From positions 501,462 to 565,461 of the forward strand of contig JBHLNF010000002.1 of NCBI GenBank assembly GCA_048937405.1: a stretch of DNA of 64,000 bases. Direction: 5' to 3'. The translations under genes and the position numbers were made by a program. The notes beneath the pieces are model-generated. The model saw only the letters and a program-made list of their open reading frames with translations. It searched no databases and was not told where the DNA came from. The stretch is from Promethearchaeota archaeon. Its GTDB lineage: Archaea > Asgardarchaeota > Lokiarchaeia > Sigyniarchaeales > SOKP01. Shown one piece after another: positions 1 through 11,400 of the stretch. Every line of letters begins with the position of its first letter. Position 1 is the first letter of the stretch.

Positions 1-1431
1 ATAAACAGCACCTATATAGGTTCCATATACTCCCGTTCTTCTTCCTTTACCAAAAAATGCACCAACCAAGACCACATCAATAGTATCTTTTAATTTTCCT
101 CCTTCTAGACTTTTTAATTTTAACCATTTGTAACCACGATTTCCTGCTTGATAAATTGAATCTTCTTTAATCGATTTTGCCATTATTCCTTCAGTTCCTT
201 CTTCTTTTGCCTTATTAAAGAAACTGAGTAATTCCTCAGTACTATGAATAGTTATAGATTTAACTAACCTTAATTCATCTCTTTCCTTAACAACTTCTTC
301 AAGTTTTCCCCTTCTTTCTAAAAATGCTTTATCTACGTATGATTCATCACCAAATTTTAAAAGATCAAAAACAAATAAACAAACAGGGACTTCTTTTGCA
401 ATATCATCAATATCATATTTTCGTCTCCTTTGACTTAAAACCTGAAATGGTTGCATCTTCTCATAGAATGGGTCCATAGCTACAACTTCTCCTTCAATAA
501 TAACCTTTTTGGCTTTAATATTTTCCCTTATAACTTGACATACATCAGGATATTGGTTTGAGATATCTAGCAACCTTCTTGAAAATAACATAATATCATC
601 ACCTACTTTATGGATTTGTAGCCTTTCTCCATCTAGCTTATATTCTGCAATAAATGGAGATCCTAGTCTTGATATGAACTCTGTGTATAATTCACGAGAG
701 GCAAGCATACTAAGAATAGGTATTCCATATTGTATATCAATCTTTTTTACATTTTCTAAACCGTTTATTGCTAATACTTTTGCAATTTCTCCTAAATCTG
801 GATATAAACTATACGCTCTTTCTATAAATTGTTTATTTTCCTTTAGATCTGTGAAAGCTAGAGCTAAACCTTCTATAATAGTTGGAGATTGAACTCCTAC
901 TCTCAGTGTTGATGTTATAATTCTTAATAAATATTTTGTTTCTAATGGTGTACATTTTCTCATAAGGCCTCTTAAAATCCTTAATTTAGTATCATGTGAC
1001 CCTATACCCTCAGATAATGCTATTTTCTTTAATTTAGAGTATAATTCAACAATCTCTATTGATGCCTTTAAATCTTCATTCGGATTGATATCTAATATTG
1101 ATCTTTGCTTTTTACTTTTTGATAACATAAATTCAGCAGTAGCTCCTATATCTCCTTTTTTAACCAAAACTTCTTTAATTCTTTTAACTCCAACACCAGA
1201 ATGTACTGATAAAGCTTCAATTATCATTTTTTCAGCTAACCCCATCTTAGGAAATTGCATTATATTAGGTGTTAATTGACCTTGTAAAAGATAAATAATT
1301 TTATCTAAATCTTCAAATTTTTTACTTTTTTTAATTTCAGTAAAAAAAGTTGATAGTAGATCAATCATTTCTAGTCTTTTAGTAGTACTTTCAAGTTTTA
1401 AAAACAACTGAGATAATCTATTGAATTTCAT
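1..1431 (-). CDS. lig: ATP-dependent DNA ligase (3' end runs off the window)
   Basis: Not in the ORF track. Manual minus-strand reading from ATG at 1431 gives MKFNRLSQLFLKLESTTKRLEMID..., adenylation motif EYKLDGERLQIHK, IEGEVV, VFDLL, EGIMAK and RGYKWLKLK. Confidence 0.95.
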   Translation of the reverse strand, partial: MKFNRLSQLFLKLESTTKRLEMIDLLSTFFTEIKKSKKFEDLDKIIYLLQGQLTPNIMQFPKMGLAEKMIIEALSVHSGVGVKRIKEVLVKKGDIGATAEFMLSKSKKQRSILDINPNEDLKASIEIVELYSKLKKIALSEGIGSHDTKLRILRGLMRKCTPLETKYLLRIITSTLRVGVQSPTIIEGLALAFTDLKENKQFIERAYSLYPDLGEIAKVLAINGLENVKKIDIQYGIPILSMLASRELYTEFISRLGSPFIAEYKLDGERLQIHKVGDDIMLFSRRLLDISNQYPDVCQVIRENIKAKKVIIEGEVVAMDPFYEKMQPFQVLSQRRRKYDIDDIAKEVPVCLFVFDLLKFGDESYVDKAFLERRGKLEEVVKERDELRLVKSITIHSTEELLSFFNKAKEEGTEGIMAKSIKEDSIYQAGNRGYKWLKLKSLEGGKLKDTIDVVLVGAFFGKGRRTGVYGTYIGAVY

Positions 1432-1514
1432 GTTCAATCATAAAATATAGTTTAAAAAGTAGATGTTATTTAAATCCACAATTTAATAAATAATAAAAAA
1501 GAAGTAATAAAAAA

Positions 1515-2348
1515 TTATATTAGTTTTGAGAGTTCAATAAATTTCTTTTGAATTGCTGTTTTTACTTTAGGATCTACTCCAGAAAAGCTATTGACCGTAA
1601 AATTCAATTTTGAACCTTCTTTGATTGAAAATTGACATATAGGACCATCCATTTGTTCAACAGCATAACTTCCATCTTGCTTCTTCGAAATCCAGATGTC
1701 ATCATAATGATCCATAATTGCCGAAAAAACAAATGATATCTTCGCATCTACCATTAAATCCGTAGAAGACACCTTTTTTGCTGGTGCTGGTTGTGTTTTA
1801 ATACTAGGCATTGGTTCAGTAGATTCATATTCAGAGGCTATTGTTTTAGGTTTAGCCGAAGTAACAGGTTTTGAGACAGCAGGAGATGCCATAGGAGTTG
1901 GAGTGGGTTTTGCTTGCACTTTTGGTTCTGTCTTTTTAACTGTTACAGGTTGCATTACTCCTGTTTGAAAAGTAACAATAAAATTTTCTAACTCTGTATG
2001 CTTTTTATCTAAAATTTCCTGAAGTTCTTCGTTCATCTTGGTATCTTCAGGAACTTTTCCGACTTTTCGAGCATCAATTTCTTTTATGCTTTTAATATCT
2101 CGTCCTATAATACTTTTTCCAACTGTATATCCATGTCCTTTAAGTGATTCCGCTTGTCTAAGAGCTGTTCTCCGTGCAACTAATCCTTGTTTGGCACCAT
2201 GCCATAAATAGACAGATTCACTACCTTCATCTAAAACTATAATAGAAGTCTCTGGCATAAAGCTATTTTTATCCCATTTAATTGGAACAATTTCTCCCCC
2301 GGGTCTCGCGTCGAACATTAGCGCAAATGAAGTCGTTATAATCACCAA
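1515..2348 (-). CDS. Single gelsolin-domain protein with Pro/Lys/Thr-rich linker and C-terminal domain
   Basis: IIVLDEGSESVYLWHGAKQGLVARRTALRQAESL matches the gelsolin repeat pattern (ILD...YxWxG...A...A). Start uncertain. Confidence 0.75.
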   Translation of the reverse strand: MVIITTSFALMFDARPGGEIVPIKWDKNSFMPETSIIVLDEGSESVYLWHGAKQGLVARRTALRQAESLKGHGYTVGKSIIGRDIKSIKEIDARKVGKVPEDTKMNEELQEILDKKHTELENFIVTFQTGVMQPVTVKKTEPKVQAKPTPTPMASPAVSKPVTSAKPKTIASEYESTEPMPSIKTQPAPAKKVSSTDLMVDAKISFVFSAIMDHYDDIWISKKQDGSYAVEQMDGPICQFSIKEGSKLNFTVNSFSGVDPKVKTAIQKKFIELSKLI

Positions 2349-2609
2349 TTTGAATTTACATTAAATCTTGATTTTTATTATAATTAAAATAGTTTTCATA
2401 AATTTAAAAATTGAGTTTTCGATGATTTTATTAAATTACTGATTAAATTAAAAAATTTAAATTACAATTTGAATTTCAAAAACTTAAGTATTTTAACTTA
2501 ATAATACTAATAACGGAAATAATAAAAGATAAAAATTAAATTTTATTAAGTAAATATTTTAAGTATTTAATTCAAGAGATTCTTAAAAAAAATAAAAAAG
2601 GATACAGAC

Positions 2610-3695
2610 ATGGAATTAAATAGATTACTACGAGAAAATTTAAGAAAATATACCGCTTTTGAGCTTGTGGAACAACCAAAAGAAGATGGTTGGGTTATTT
2701 TAAATACTAATGAAAATCCTTTTCCTCCAATAAATGACATTTTAATTGATATAAAAAATGCTGTGAATGATAACATTAGACTCTATCCTGACCCCACTTC
2801 GTTTGAATTGCGTAAGGAAATCCTTAATGTATTACTAAGAGATAAGGATACACTTACTAATCGTAATTCTATACTCATTGGAAGTGGTTCAGATGAGATC
2901 TTAGACATTCTTTTTAAAATATTTGTTGACCCTGAAGATAAGGTAAATTTCTTTTATCCTTCTTATGGATTATATAAAACATTAGCAACACTTTATAATG
3001 CTAAAATCAATGAAATTCAGTTAAATGAAGATTTTTCAATACCTGATACAGTTTATTCATCTAAAGGTAAATTATTAATTATTAACTCACCAAATGATCC
3101 AAACGGAAAATCTTTTGGAAATGCTACGATCTTAAAAATCTGTGGAAGCTTTCCAGGTGTTGTTGTTGTTGACGAAACTTATGCTGATTTTTCGCCTCAA
3201 ACTTGTTTATCATTATTGAAAAAAGTAAAGAATTTAGTTGTATGCAGATCTTTTTCAATCGGGTTTTCTCTGGCATCCTTTAAATTAGCATTTGCTCTTG
3301 CTGATGCAGATATTATCAAAGAAATGAATAGTGTAAAATTACCATATAATATTAGTTATATAGATCAAATAGCAGCTTTATCTTGTATTAAACATCATAA
3401 AAAAGTATTTGAGCAGAATAAAAAAATTCTTGAAGAAAGAGAAAGATTAACTAATAAATTAAATACGTATAATGGTATTAGTGTTTTACCTTCAGATGCA
3501 AATTTCATATTCATTAAATTTGAAGATAAATCTAAAACATTAAAGTTTGTATGGGATTTGAAAGAACTTAAGATCCTAGTACGTCACTTTAGTAAACCTG
3601 GATTATATAATTATATTAGAGTTACTATTGGAACTGAAGAAGATAACAATAAATTTTTAGAAGCCTTTGAGACAATTGCAAATAAATACTTGTAA
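2610..3695 (+). CDS. Histidinol-phosphate aminotransferase-like protein (class I/II), catalytic Lys absent
   Basis: LNTNENP, YPDP, GSGSDE, VDETY, PSDANF and RVTIG are HisC-type motifs; the RTFSK motif reads RSFSI. Confidence 0.85.
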   Translation: MELNRLLRENLRKYTAFELVEQPKEDGWVILNTNENPFPPINDILIDIKNAVNDNIRLYPDPTSFELRKEILNVLLRDKDTLTNRNSILIGSGSDEILDILFKIFVDPEDKVNFFYPSYGLYKTLATLYNAKINEIQLNEDFSIPDTVYSSKGKLLIINSPNDPNGKSFGNATILKICGSFPGVVVVDETYADFSPQTCLSLLKKVKNLVVCRSFSIGFSLASFKLAFALADADIIKEMNSVKLPYNISYIDQIAALSCIKHHKKVFEQNKKILEERERLTNKLNTYNGISVLPSDANFIFIKFEDKSKTLKFVWDLKELKILVRHFSKPGLYNYIRVTIGTEEDNNKFLEAFETIANKYL

Positions 3696-3722
3696 TACTT
3701 TTAATTTATTGTCAAGTCACAC

Positions 3723-4925
3723 ATGGAGCGATTGATAAAAATTACTAATTTACACTTTTCTGAAGATAAAAGGAAAGATGAGGTTAAATGTCCGTATTGT
3801 GGATATAAAATACTAAGACCTTATCCAAAAGACAAGCTTTGTCCTAAATGTAGTAAATTTTTAGCGATTCTTCATGATTTATCTACTGAAAAGGAAGGAA
3901 GAACTACTCCTAAAGAATTTGAGAAAAAGCAAAACACACTCTCAACAAAATTAGGTAGTAAAGTAAAAGTTAAGCAACAACCATTAGCTATCTCTTTAGA
4001 AAGTGATAAAATTAAATTAAAAAAAGGAGAATATGTAAAGTTATTAGGCATTACTACAAATGAAAGAACTCAATTATATTGTAGTAATGATAATTATAAG
4101 TATTTGTTAGAATTAACAAATAACCTAGATTTCATAGCAACCGGTATTTTAGAAGGGGATCTTGATAAAATGTTGCTTATTTCGGGGGAGAAGAAAAAAG
4201 AAGAAAAATGCCAATTCTATGAAAAAAACGAGATAATCTATATTGTTTATGGGAAATTTCCTGATAAAAAAGGCAAATGGATCCTTGAACAGATGTCAAA
4301 TCATTTCACAGAATTATTACAGGGTAAAGACGCTGACAAATTAGATAAATTTGAGAAATATAATATTCAATTAGAATTTAAAAGACGAGTTAAGTTTATA
4401 CTCCAACAATACGTAAGATTACAAGAAGTATTTACTGATCAAGATTTCACTTATGTAGAAGATACAATTAGAATTGATTATTTAGGATTATCTTCAATGT
4501 CAATTGGGGTGATATCAATTTTAATAGGGGAGGATAACTTGAATATTGAGACCCTTGGTGAATTTGAAAATCCAGAAGAAGATAGAGAAATGAAGGAATC
4601 AATGCTTACAGCAAAAATAGAAGCAATAGCCGCTAATACACAAGGTAATACAGGTGCAGTACCTCAATGGATAGCAGTAAAATTAGGATTTCAAAAATAT
4701 CGATTTTTAACTTTTAAAAAATTTCAGAACGATTATTTTCTTTCTATGCTTTCGGAAGGTAATTTAGATAAGATACCCCAAGTAGAACAATTATTGAATC
4801 TTTTAATTGAAAAAGTTACATCGACAGTGTTTTCTGGTAATCTAAAACCTTTTAATGAATTAAAAGCAGAACTAAAAGACAAATTTTCTATAAGAAATAA
4901 ATTTCCTCCCTTTGATTTTAAATAA
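3723..4925 (+). CDS. Zn-ribbon protein with probable longin-like domains
   Basis: CPYC/CPKC pair at the N-terminus; two segments with longin-like beta/alpha patterning (inferred by eye). Confidence 0.5.
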   Translation: MERLIKITNLHFSEDKRKDEVKCPYCGYKILRPYPKDKLCPKCSKFLAILHDLSTEKEGRTTPKEFEKKQNTLSTKLGSKVKVKQQPLAISLESDKIKLKKGEYVKLLGITTNERTQLYCSNDNYKYLLELTNNLDFIATGILEGDLDKMLLISGEKKKEEKCQFYEKNEIIYIVYGKFPDKKGKWILEQMSNHFTELLQGKDADKLDKFEKYNIQLEFKRRVKFILQQYVRLQEVFTDQDFTYVEDTIRIDYLGLSSMSIGVISILIGEDNLNIETLGEFENPEEDREMKESMLTAKIEAIAANTQGNTGAVPQWIAVKLGFQKYRFLTFKKFQNDYFLSMLSEGNLDKIPQVEQLLNLLIEKVTSTVFSGNLKPFNELKAELKDKFSIRNKFPPFDFK

Positions 4926-4958
4926 AATATTTATCAAATTATATCAGAAATATATAAG

Positions 4959-5915
4959 ATGAATTTAACTCCTCAAATTATTTTAGACCAATTAGAGAGG
5001 AATGAAATAAGTAAATCTTTTGCTTTTGATCAATTAATCTCTTTTGTAGAAAACAGTGAAAATGAACAAATAAGAGAAGAAGCATTAGAAAATTTAGATC
5101 GGGTTGGAATTTATGATAATAAACTTTTTGAATTTTTAGAAAACATACTCCTTTCTGATTCAAATGAAAAAATCAGAAATGTCGTTTTGAAAATCATAGA
5201 AAGAAGATTTCTATACAAAGCAATTGCCCTTTTAAAGTGGGCTCTAAATCATGAGAAAGATTATGAATGCCTTGTTATCATAATCAAATCATTAAAAAAA
5301 GCTAATACTGAAGAGTCTAAAAGAATTTTATTTGATAAAACAAAGGAGATTATACACACTAAATATATCAATAAAGACAAAAGAATTGAAAATCGTAAAT
5401 TCAAATATATTTTAAAGAAATTATTAAAAACTAAGAAATATGAATTATTTACTCATAAAGAATTATCCCTTATTTTAATTAGTTTCATGACAATTATTAA
5501 TTTAACAAATTTATATCCAAATGTCTCTTATGAGATAAATCCAGAAAATGGATTGTTAAACGAATTAGATTTATCAGATTATTTTGAATATGAAGTGAAA
5601 GGGATACCTTTTGGATGGAAAAATAATATTAAATCAATTTCAGAAATAAAAGGTTTAATGTATTTAAAATCTCTCAAGAAAATTAATCTTTCAAACAATC
5701 TGATTGAAGATATTAAAGAATTAGTTTATTTAAAAAATATAACACATTTAACTCTTTCTAAAAATAATATTAGTAATGTCGAAAACATTGAATATCTTAA
5801 AAAATTCAAAAAACTAGAATATCTGGATCTAAGAGATAATGAAATTGCTACAAAAATTCAATCTAATGATTTTAATTCTAGTATAAGAGTTATTCTGAAA
5901 GATTCTTATATTTAA
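4959..5915 (+). CDS. HEAT-repeat plus leucine-rich-repeat protein
   Basis: N-terminal HEAT-like IREEALENL / DSNEKIRN; C-terminal LRRs LKKINLSNNLI, ITHLTLSKNNI, LEYLDLRDNEI. Confidence 0.8.
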   Translation: MNLTPQIILDQLERNEISKSFAFDQLISFVENSENEQIREEALENLDRVGIYDNKLFEFLENILLSDSNEKIRNVVLKIIERRFLYKAIALLKWALNHEKDYECLVIIIKSLKKANTEESKRILFDKTKEIIHTKYINKDKRIENRKFKYILKKLLKTKKYELFTHKELSLILISFMTIINLTNLYPNVSYEINPENGLLNELDLSDYFEYEVKGIPFGWKNNIKSISEIKGLMYLKSLKKINLSNNLIEDIKELVYLKNITHLTLSKNNISNVENIEYLKKFKKLEYLDLRDNEIATKIQSNDFNSSIRVILKDSYI

Positions 5916-5927
5916 AAAAAAAGTAGA

Positions 5928-7265
5928 TTATTTTTCAATTAATTGTGTTTTTCCCGTCCCCCATACTCCAAGGGCGACACCTAATTCCTTCTTCTCTTTA
6001 GCTACGTCTTTTACGTTCTTACCCTCCATAACCGCATCTATTGCTTGTCTAAAAGCAATAGCGCCAGCTATAGGCCCATCAGGATGACTATGGATACCAC
6101 CTCCACTTCCAATAAGGATATCCGTTCCAGCTTCTTTTATACATTTCTCAACCATTCCTTGTGTTATTCCACCACTAGGCATTGGGAGTGTTGGTTTAAT
6201 GTTTTGTAATGAATATCGAAGGGCCTTAAGATTTTGCTCATATCTTTCTTCTAATATTTCTGCCTTTCCATATGGGGCAGGGATGACTACTATATCAGCA
6301 CCACAAATCCGTGGTAATTTTGCAAATGTTAACATACTAGTCATTCCTGTCCATTCTCCTCCAAAATATGTACCACCAAAATCCATGTGTCCTAGAATTG
6401 GAACATTTATTGAAGGATCCTCTGCTATTTGTCTCAGAGCTTCATAACCAGTAGCTAAATAATTTATCATCAAGGCATTGGCACCTAATTCGATCATCTT
6501 ATCCGCGTGTTCAAATATATCTGGGAATTTAGAGGTAATATTGATAGTATATAAAGTTTTTTCGCCTTTCTCTGCGTCTGCTTTGTCAACAGCTTCCATA
6601 ACCTTGACAATTCGCTCTTCAAGTCTATTAAAGGAGGGATCTGAGATTAATTCATCATCTTTTACTACATCGCAACCACCGACTGCAGCTTTATAAACTA
6701 AATCTGCAGCTACATCTGCTGTATGCCCCGTACACGGTTTAACCATATTATTCAAAAGTGGACGTGTAGGAATATTCATAAGTTTCCTAATTCCATCAAT
6801 TCCAAATTTAGGACCTTTAAAATCTTCTAACCAAGCTTTAGGAAATGCTAAATCAACCAACTTTAAACCGTGAGTTATACTAATATTTCCAATTACTGTT
6901 GTGAATAACATTGGAATCCCCATTCCCTTAATATTTATGATAGGAAATCCGATTTGAACGAAGTATGTTCTTTCTTTAATATCTTTAGGGATAACATATT
7001 CATACATAGGAAGTTCATATACGCCAAGTACTCTAGCAACATGGTATTTTCTCACTTCTTCTGTTTCAGCTGGAACTCTAATCCAAGTTCCAGTGGATTG
7101 TTCAATTGCAGCAAAACGGGATAAGTAATTAACATTTTGGCCTTTAGGACGTTTAATAATGTATGAAGCAATTATATATTTTTCTATATCAATTCCATCT
7201 AACATAGCTTCTGGAACATCATAATATTGCTCACAAGAGGGAAATTCTCCTTCCATTTTAATCAC
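5928..7265 (-). CDS. RuBisCO-like protein (form IV)
   Basis: EQSTGTW, FKGPKFG, VKP, GGCDVVKDDE, PSGG and GGGIHSHPDG motifs; bona fide RuBisCO motifs KPK and HRA read KPC and HMD. Confidence 0.9.
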   Translation of the reverse strand: MIKMEGEFPSCEQYYDVPEAMLDGIDIEKYIIASYIIKRPKGQNVNYLSRFAAIEQSTGTWIRVPAETEEVRKYHVARVLGVYELPMYEYVIPKDIKERTYFVQIGFPIINIKGMGIPMLFTTVIGNISITHGLKLVDLAFPKAWLEDFKGPKFGIDGIRKLMNIPTRPLLNNMVKPCTGHTADVAADLVYKAAVGGCDVVKDDELISDPSFNRLEERIVKVMEAVDKADAEKGEKTLYTINITSKFPDIFEHADKMIELGANALMINYLATGYEALRQIAEDPSINVPILGHMDFGGTYFGGEWTGMTSMLTFAKLPRICGADIVVIPAPYGKAEILEERYEQNLKALRYSLQNIKPTLPMPSGGITQGMVEKCIKEAGTDILIGSGGGIHSHPDGPIAGAIAFRQAIDAVMEGKNVKDVAKEKKELGVALGVWGTGKTQLIEK

Positions 7266-7366
7266 TTCTAGTTTTAAAATTATAATTATTTCTATAATGA
7301 AATTATTTTTAAATATTGAAAAATCTTAGTATAAAAAAAAATAAGATAAAGAAAAATAAAAAAATA

Positions 7367-8494
7367 TTAAACTTCAGTTTTAGCAGCTTCTTTTGCAGCA
7401 GCTTTGGCTACAGCTTTAATATCACTGTAAGAATTTTCCAGTACTGTTAAATATTCAACTAATACTTGACTTGCTTTTGATTTCTGATCGTATACTTTCT
7501 TGATAGTGTTAAGTAGATATTTAGGAAATACGAGATCTAAGTAATAATCTGAAAGAAGTGCATAGTATTCATTATTTCTATCATCTTGGAATACTTGAAT
7601 CATCTGAGTATCCCAAAGCAACTTTAATACATCATCTAAGTCATCGACGCCTTTCTTTCTTAACTTCTCAAGGTCATTCTTGGTTACTATTGCTGTCCTT
7701 AATAATCGCAATGTTTCATACACTTGTGGATTAATTAGTATATCTATTATCCTAAGATTGTCTCCTTCTGATGGACGATAATTTTGAAAGTATTTCTTTA
7801 CTTCCATCTTATAATCCTCCTCAAGTTGTGAAGGTAAACCTCGATTGGAGGGATCACTATAAATTTTAACAGGAGGTACTCTTAATGCAACAACATCTTG
7901 AATTAAAAAGATTAATTCCGATGGCATACCTTTTACAGAAGTTTCTTTTACAATTTCTCGTTTAATCAGCTCTGTTAAAACGCCTTCTAGATCAACAAAA
8001 CCTTGTTTATATTGATCTTTAAGCCATACCATTAATTCAGATTTAGAAACTACACCCTCATCTCTTAAGCGACTAATTATTAATCTTTTAATCTCATCTT
8101 GATAGGTGATAGCAAGACGTTGCTCATTATTGAGTGTGGGATACACAGATAATCTTCTAAAAAGATCAGGGATCATTGGTACATAGGCATCATCTGTTAT
8201 ATTTTGAAGAATTATTCGAGAAATGTCTATTAATCCTCCTTCATAAGCGTCGGGATCATCATCTAAACTTAAAAGTAAAAGAATATAAAAGCCTTTATCA
8301 GGACCAGTGTAATATGAAGCGATATTTAAAGATCCTATCATTAGACTGATCATCCCGGATTCACCACTGTATTCATGAGTGCTATATACTTGCATAAGAG
8401 TTTTATCAGTTATATTTAACTCTTCTGGATATTTCGCGAGGATCTCAGTTCCAACTCGTTCATCCCATCTCATTATTGCTAATCCAACAGGCAT
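7367..8494 (-). CDS. Cytosolic longin/uDENN-like protein, copy A
   Basis: N-terminus MPVGLAIMRWDERVGTEILAKYP resembles the longin/uDENN start (hhhhxFDxxxGPxhxxxYP); obvious paralog of 14278..15387. Confidence 0.6.
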   Translation of the reverse strand: MPVGLAIMRWDERVGTEILAKYPEELNITDKTLMQVYSTHEYSGESGMISLMIGSLNIASYYTGPDKGFYILLLLSLDDDPDAYEGGLIDISRIILQNITDDAYVPMIPDLFRRLSVYPTLNNEQRLAITYQDEIKRLIISRLRDEGVVSKSELMVWLKDQYKQGFVDLEGVLTELIKREIVKETSVKGMPSELIFLIQDVVALRVPPVKIYSDPSNRGLPSQLEEDYKMEVKKYFQNYRPSEGDNLRIIDILINPQVYETLRLLRTAIVTKNDLEKLRKKGVDDLDDVLKLLWDTQMIQVFQDDRNNEYYALLSDYYLDLVFPKYLLNTIKKVYDQKSKASQVLVEYLTVLENSYSDIKAVAKAAAKEAAKTEV

Positions 8495-11400
8495 TAGTCA
8501 GCACCTCCTTTAAATTCTTCTTTTACTTCAGGTAATTTCATCTTCTTTTTCTCTTTGACTCCCATAATATCCTCCAAAGATAATCCAATCGAATCCCATT
8601 TATCTCCTAGTTTCTTCACTATAAATTCTTCTTTTGAAGGATAAAGTAAGGAATCGGATATAATTTTATTTCCCTTAATGCTTTTCTTCATTGATCTCGA
8701 CTTCTTGACAAATGTAGGGATTCTCCGTTGCTGAACTATACGATATGCAGTAAGACTTCCCGCAACAGCTATTATTGATCCTATAATCATTACAAAATAG
8801 AATGTTGGGAAACCAAATATTTCTTGCATATTAACTACTATAGTAATAGTTGAAGATTTGGTCTCAAAGTATTGCTTTTCGATTGTTAGTGTAGCTGTAA
8901 ATGTTTCAGGCACAAAGAATGGATTAGAAATTGCAGGTATATTAACTATATAAGAACCATCACCATTATCAGTAAAAACATAAGTTTCATCTCCAAGTGT
9001 TAAATAAACGCTTGCTCCTGTAATTGGTGCCGAATTATTATTGGGATCTGTAAGATCTATTGAAAATTGTAATGTTTTTCCTGCATCTATTTCAATCTTA
9101 GAATCTAAAAGTAACTCAGGCCAACCAATATCTATAATTCTTTCCAAAATCGTTAAAGAAACTATCGCAATTCTGTATTCATAATTTTTTTTAGCAAGTG
9201 TAACTATCACAGAATATTCTCCATCGTGTCGTAATTCTGTATCAAGATCTAACACGAATTCATTGCCTATTGGGATTAGTGAACCTATTTCTGAAGTGCC
9301 TTGAATTGGATCACCATTTTCATCCAATTCTTGCATTATATAACTCATTTCATCTAAATTTGAGATTGGACTATTCCTCAAAACATCTGTATAATCAAAA
9401 GAAAAATTAAGTTCTTCAAAGATATAAATTGATTCAGAAACATACACTATTCCTGTCGAGTCTTCCGTACTGGTTGGTCTAGTTAATATAGTTATGAAAA
9501 AATCAAAATTTACAATTTCGGTATAGTTCTCACGTCTAGCAGTAAATTCTAAATGATATGTACCAACATTCTCTACTACTGAAGTATCAAGTTCTAATAT
9601 ATAATATTCAGAATTTATTGGATCTGGGCTTAAAGTACCTGAACCATAGTCCCAATCATAAGTGAAAGATTCTGGAGTTAAAGAATTATTATTGCTTGCA
9701 TCATAGTATTTTAAGGTTATATTTATTAATTCATCATAATATTCTGAAATTGAATTACTTTCTAACTCATCTAATGTTTCATAATCATGTATGCTCATTC
9801 CTGTTGGTCTTGAATTTATTGTGATTTCAGCAAATATAGGGATAGGATCAACATATCCTAGTTTACTTCCAGTTATTTCAACCGAATATATTTCATAATT
9901 ATTTCCAGCTGAGAACTCATATGAAGGAATTGTCACTGTAAAAACTCCATCAGTAACAAAATTCATATCATAAGATTTAATTCCCCCTATTGTACAAATT
10001 ATTTCATCAGGATCATCTAGACCTACCCAGTTAGCCCCAACTCCAGCTTTAATCGTAAAATTAACAGAGAAGGTCATGTCGCTTCCCCAAATTACAGCAG
10101 TATCTCCTGAATAATCAATAAACATTGATTGGTAATCATCGATATTTATTAGTAACTTAAATACAAGTGAAGTATTGAATCTTAAAGAATAATTGTAGTG
10201 ATTAACTAAACTTGGAGATGGATCATATTGATCTGTTTTATTTACTAAAAAGTTTTTATCACTACCACCATAGAAGTTTAAACTAAAAGTGTAGTTTTCT
10301 GTTGGATTTCTTACATACCAGAAATCTGATTCGGAATTGATCTGTCCATGAGCATATCCTTCACTATCTGTAATCAAGTTTGTAATTGAATCTCCAGTAG
10401 AATTCTTAACTTTAACGATACAAGATTGGACAGGTATAATTTCATCGCTTGTATCAATTACTCGAATCTGTAATTTAGCCATTGAAGTTTTATTATATAT
10501 ATTGCATGTTTCAACGGTCTCTACTAAAATTGTACCATTACATTGAGTAAGAGTTGTACTATTAAAACCCCGAACGTCAATCAACAATCCATATGCTTGG
10601 AAATTATCATTTATTAAATTAATGCTTTCTTCAGGTGTATCACGTATATTAATCGAGATAAAATCTTCCTGTCCTCCAGAATATGAATCATTAAAATAGA
10701 TAAGACTGTTATCATCCCAATTTCCATCTTCATCCAAATAATATATTTTTACAGTATCGAGAAAATCCGTCATTTTTTCTATTGTTATATTAGCTTGAAG
10801 CAGTCTTTTATTACTAACGTCTGTGGTTGAGCCATTTGTGTATATATATTCAATAACCCTATATTCTGATCCCGGAGGATTCATTATATTAGATTGATTC
10901 ACTAATATTATATGGTTATAGTATTTTTCATTTAAAGCATCATAAGTATCTCTATAAACATAACTTTCATTCAAGTGAATAGGAATAGTACTATTATAAT
11001 CTTCGTTATCATAGGATATGTTATAGTAATATTGAGATTGATTTTTCCAAACAAAAGTTCCTTTTCCATCGATGAGTCTTATATGATCTATAACGGGATT
11101 CGTTGGGGAGTCACTTACGTTAACATAGGAATACCCTAATGGATTATTATCCCAATCAACTATTTCAAAGTCAATAGTCCACAAATTAACATAGACATCC
11201 ATTTCGTTTCTAATATATGTAAATGTATACATATCAGCATCAGGTGTTCCGAAATTCTCCTCTGTACTATTGTAAGCAAGATATTCCATTCCAGAGCTGG
11301 TATCATTGTATTTTACAGTAATATTATATGTACCTGCAGGAACTTTTTTAAAAGTTACAGAACCATCATCTCCAGTTTTTCCAGTAGTATAAACTTCAGG

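Noticed and set aside
674-1279. Short plus-strand ORFs 674..892 and 1085..1279, and the other short antisense or alternate-frame ORFs in the track
   Set aside because: They are shadows of longer recognisable genes (here DNA ligase) and carry no motifs of their own.
5928-7265. CO2-fixing RuBisCO (form III)
   Set aside because: Key carboxylase motifs (KPK, HRA) are substituted, which fits form IV.
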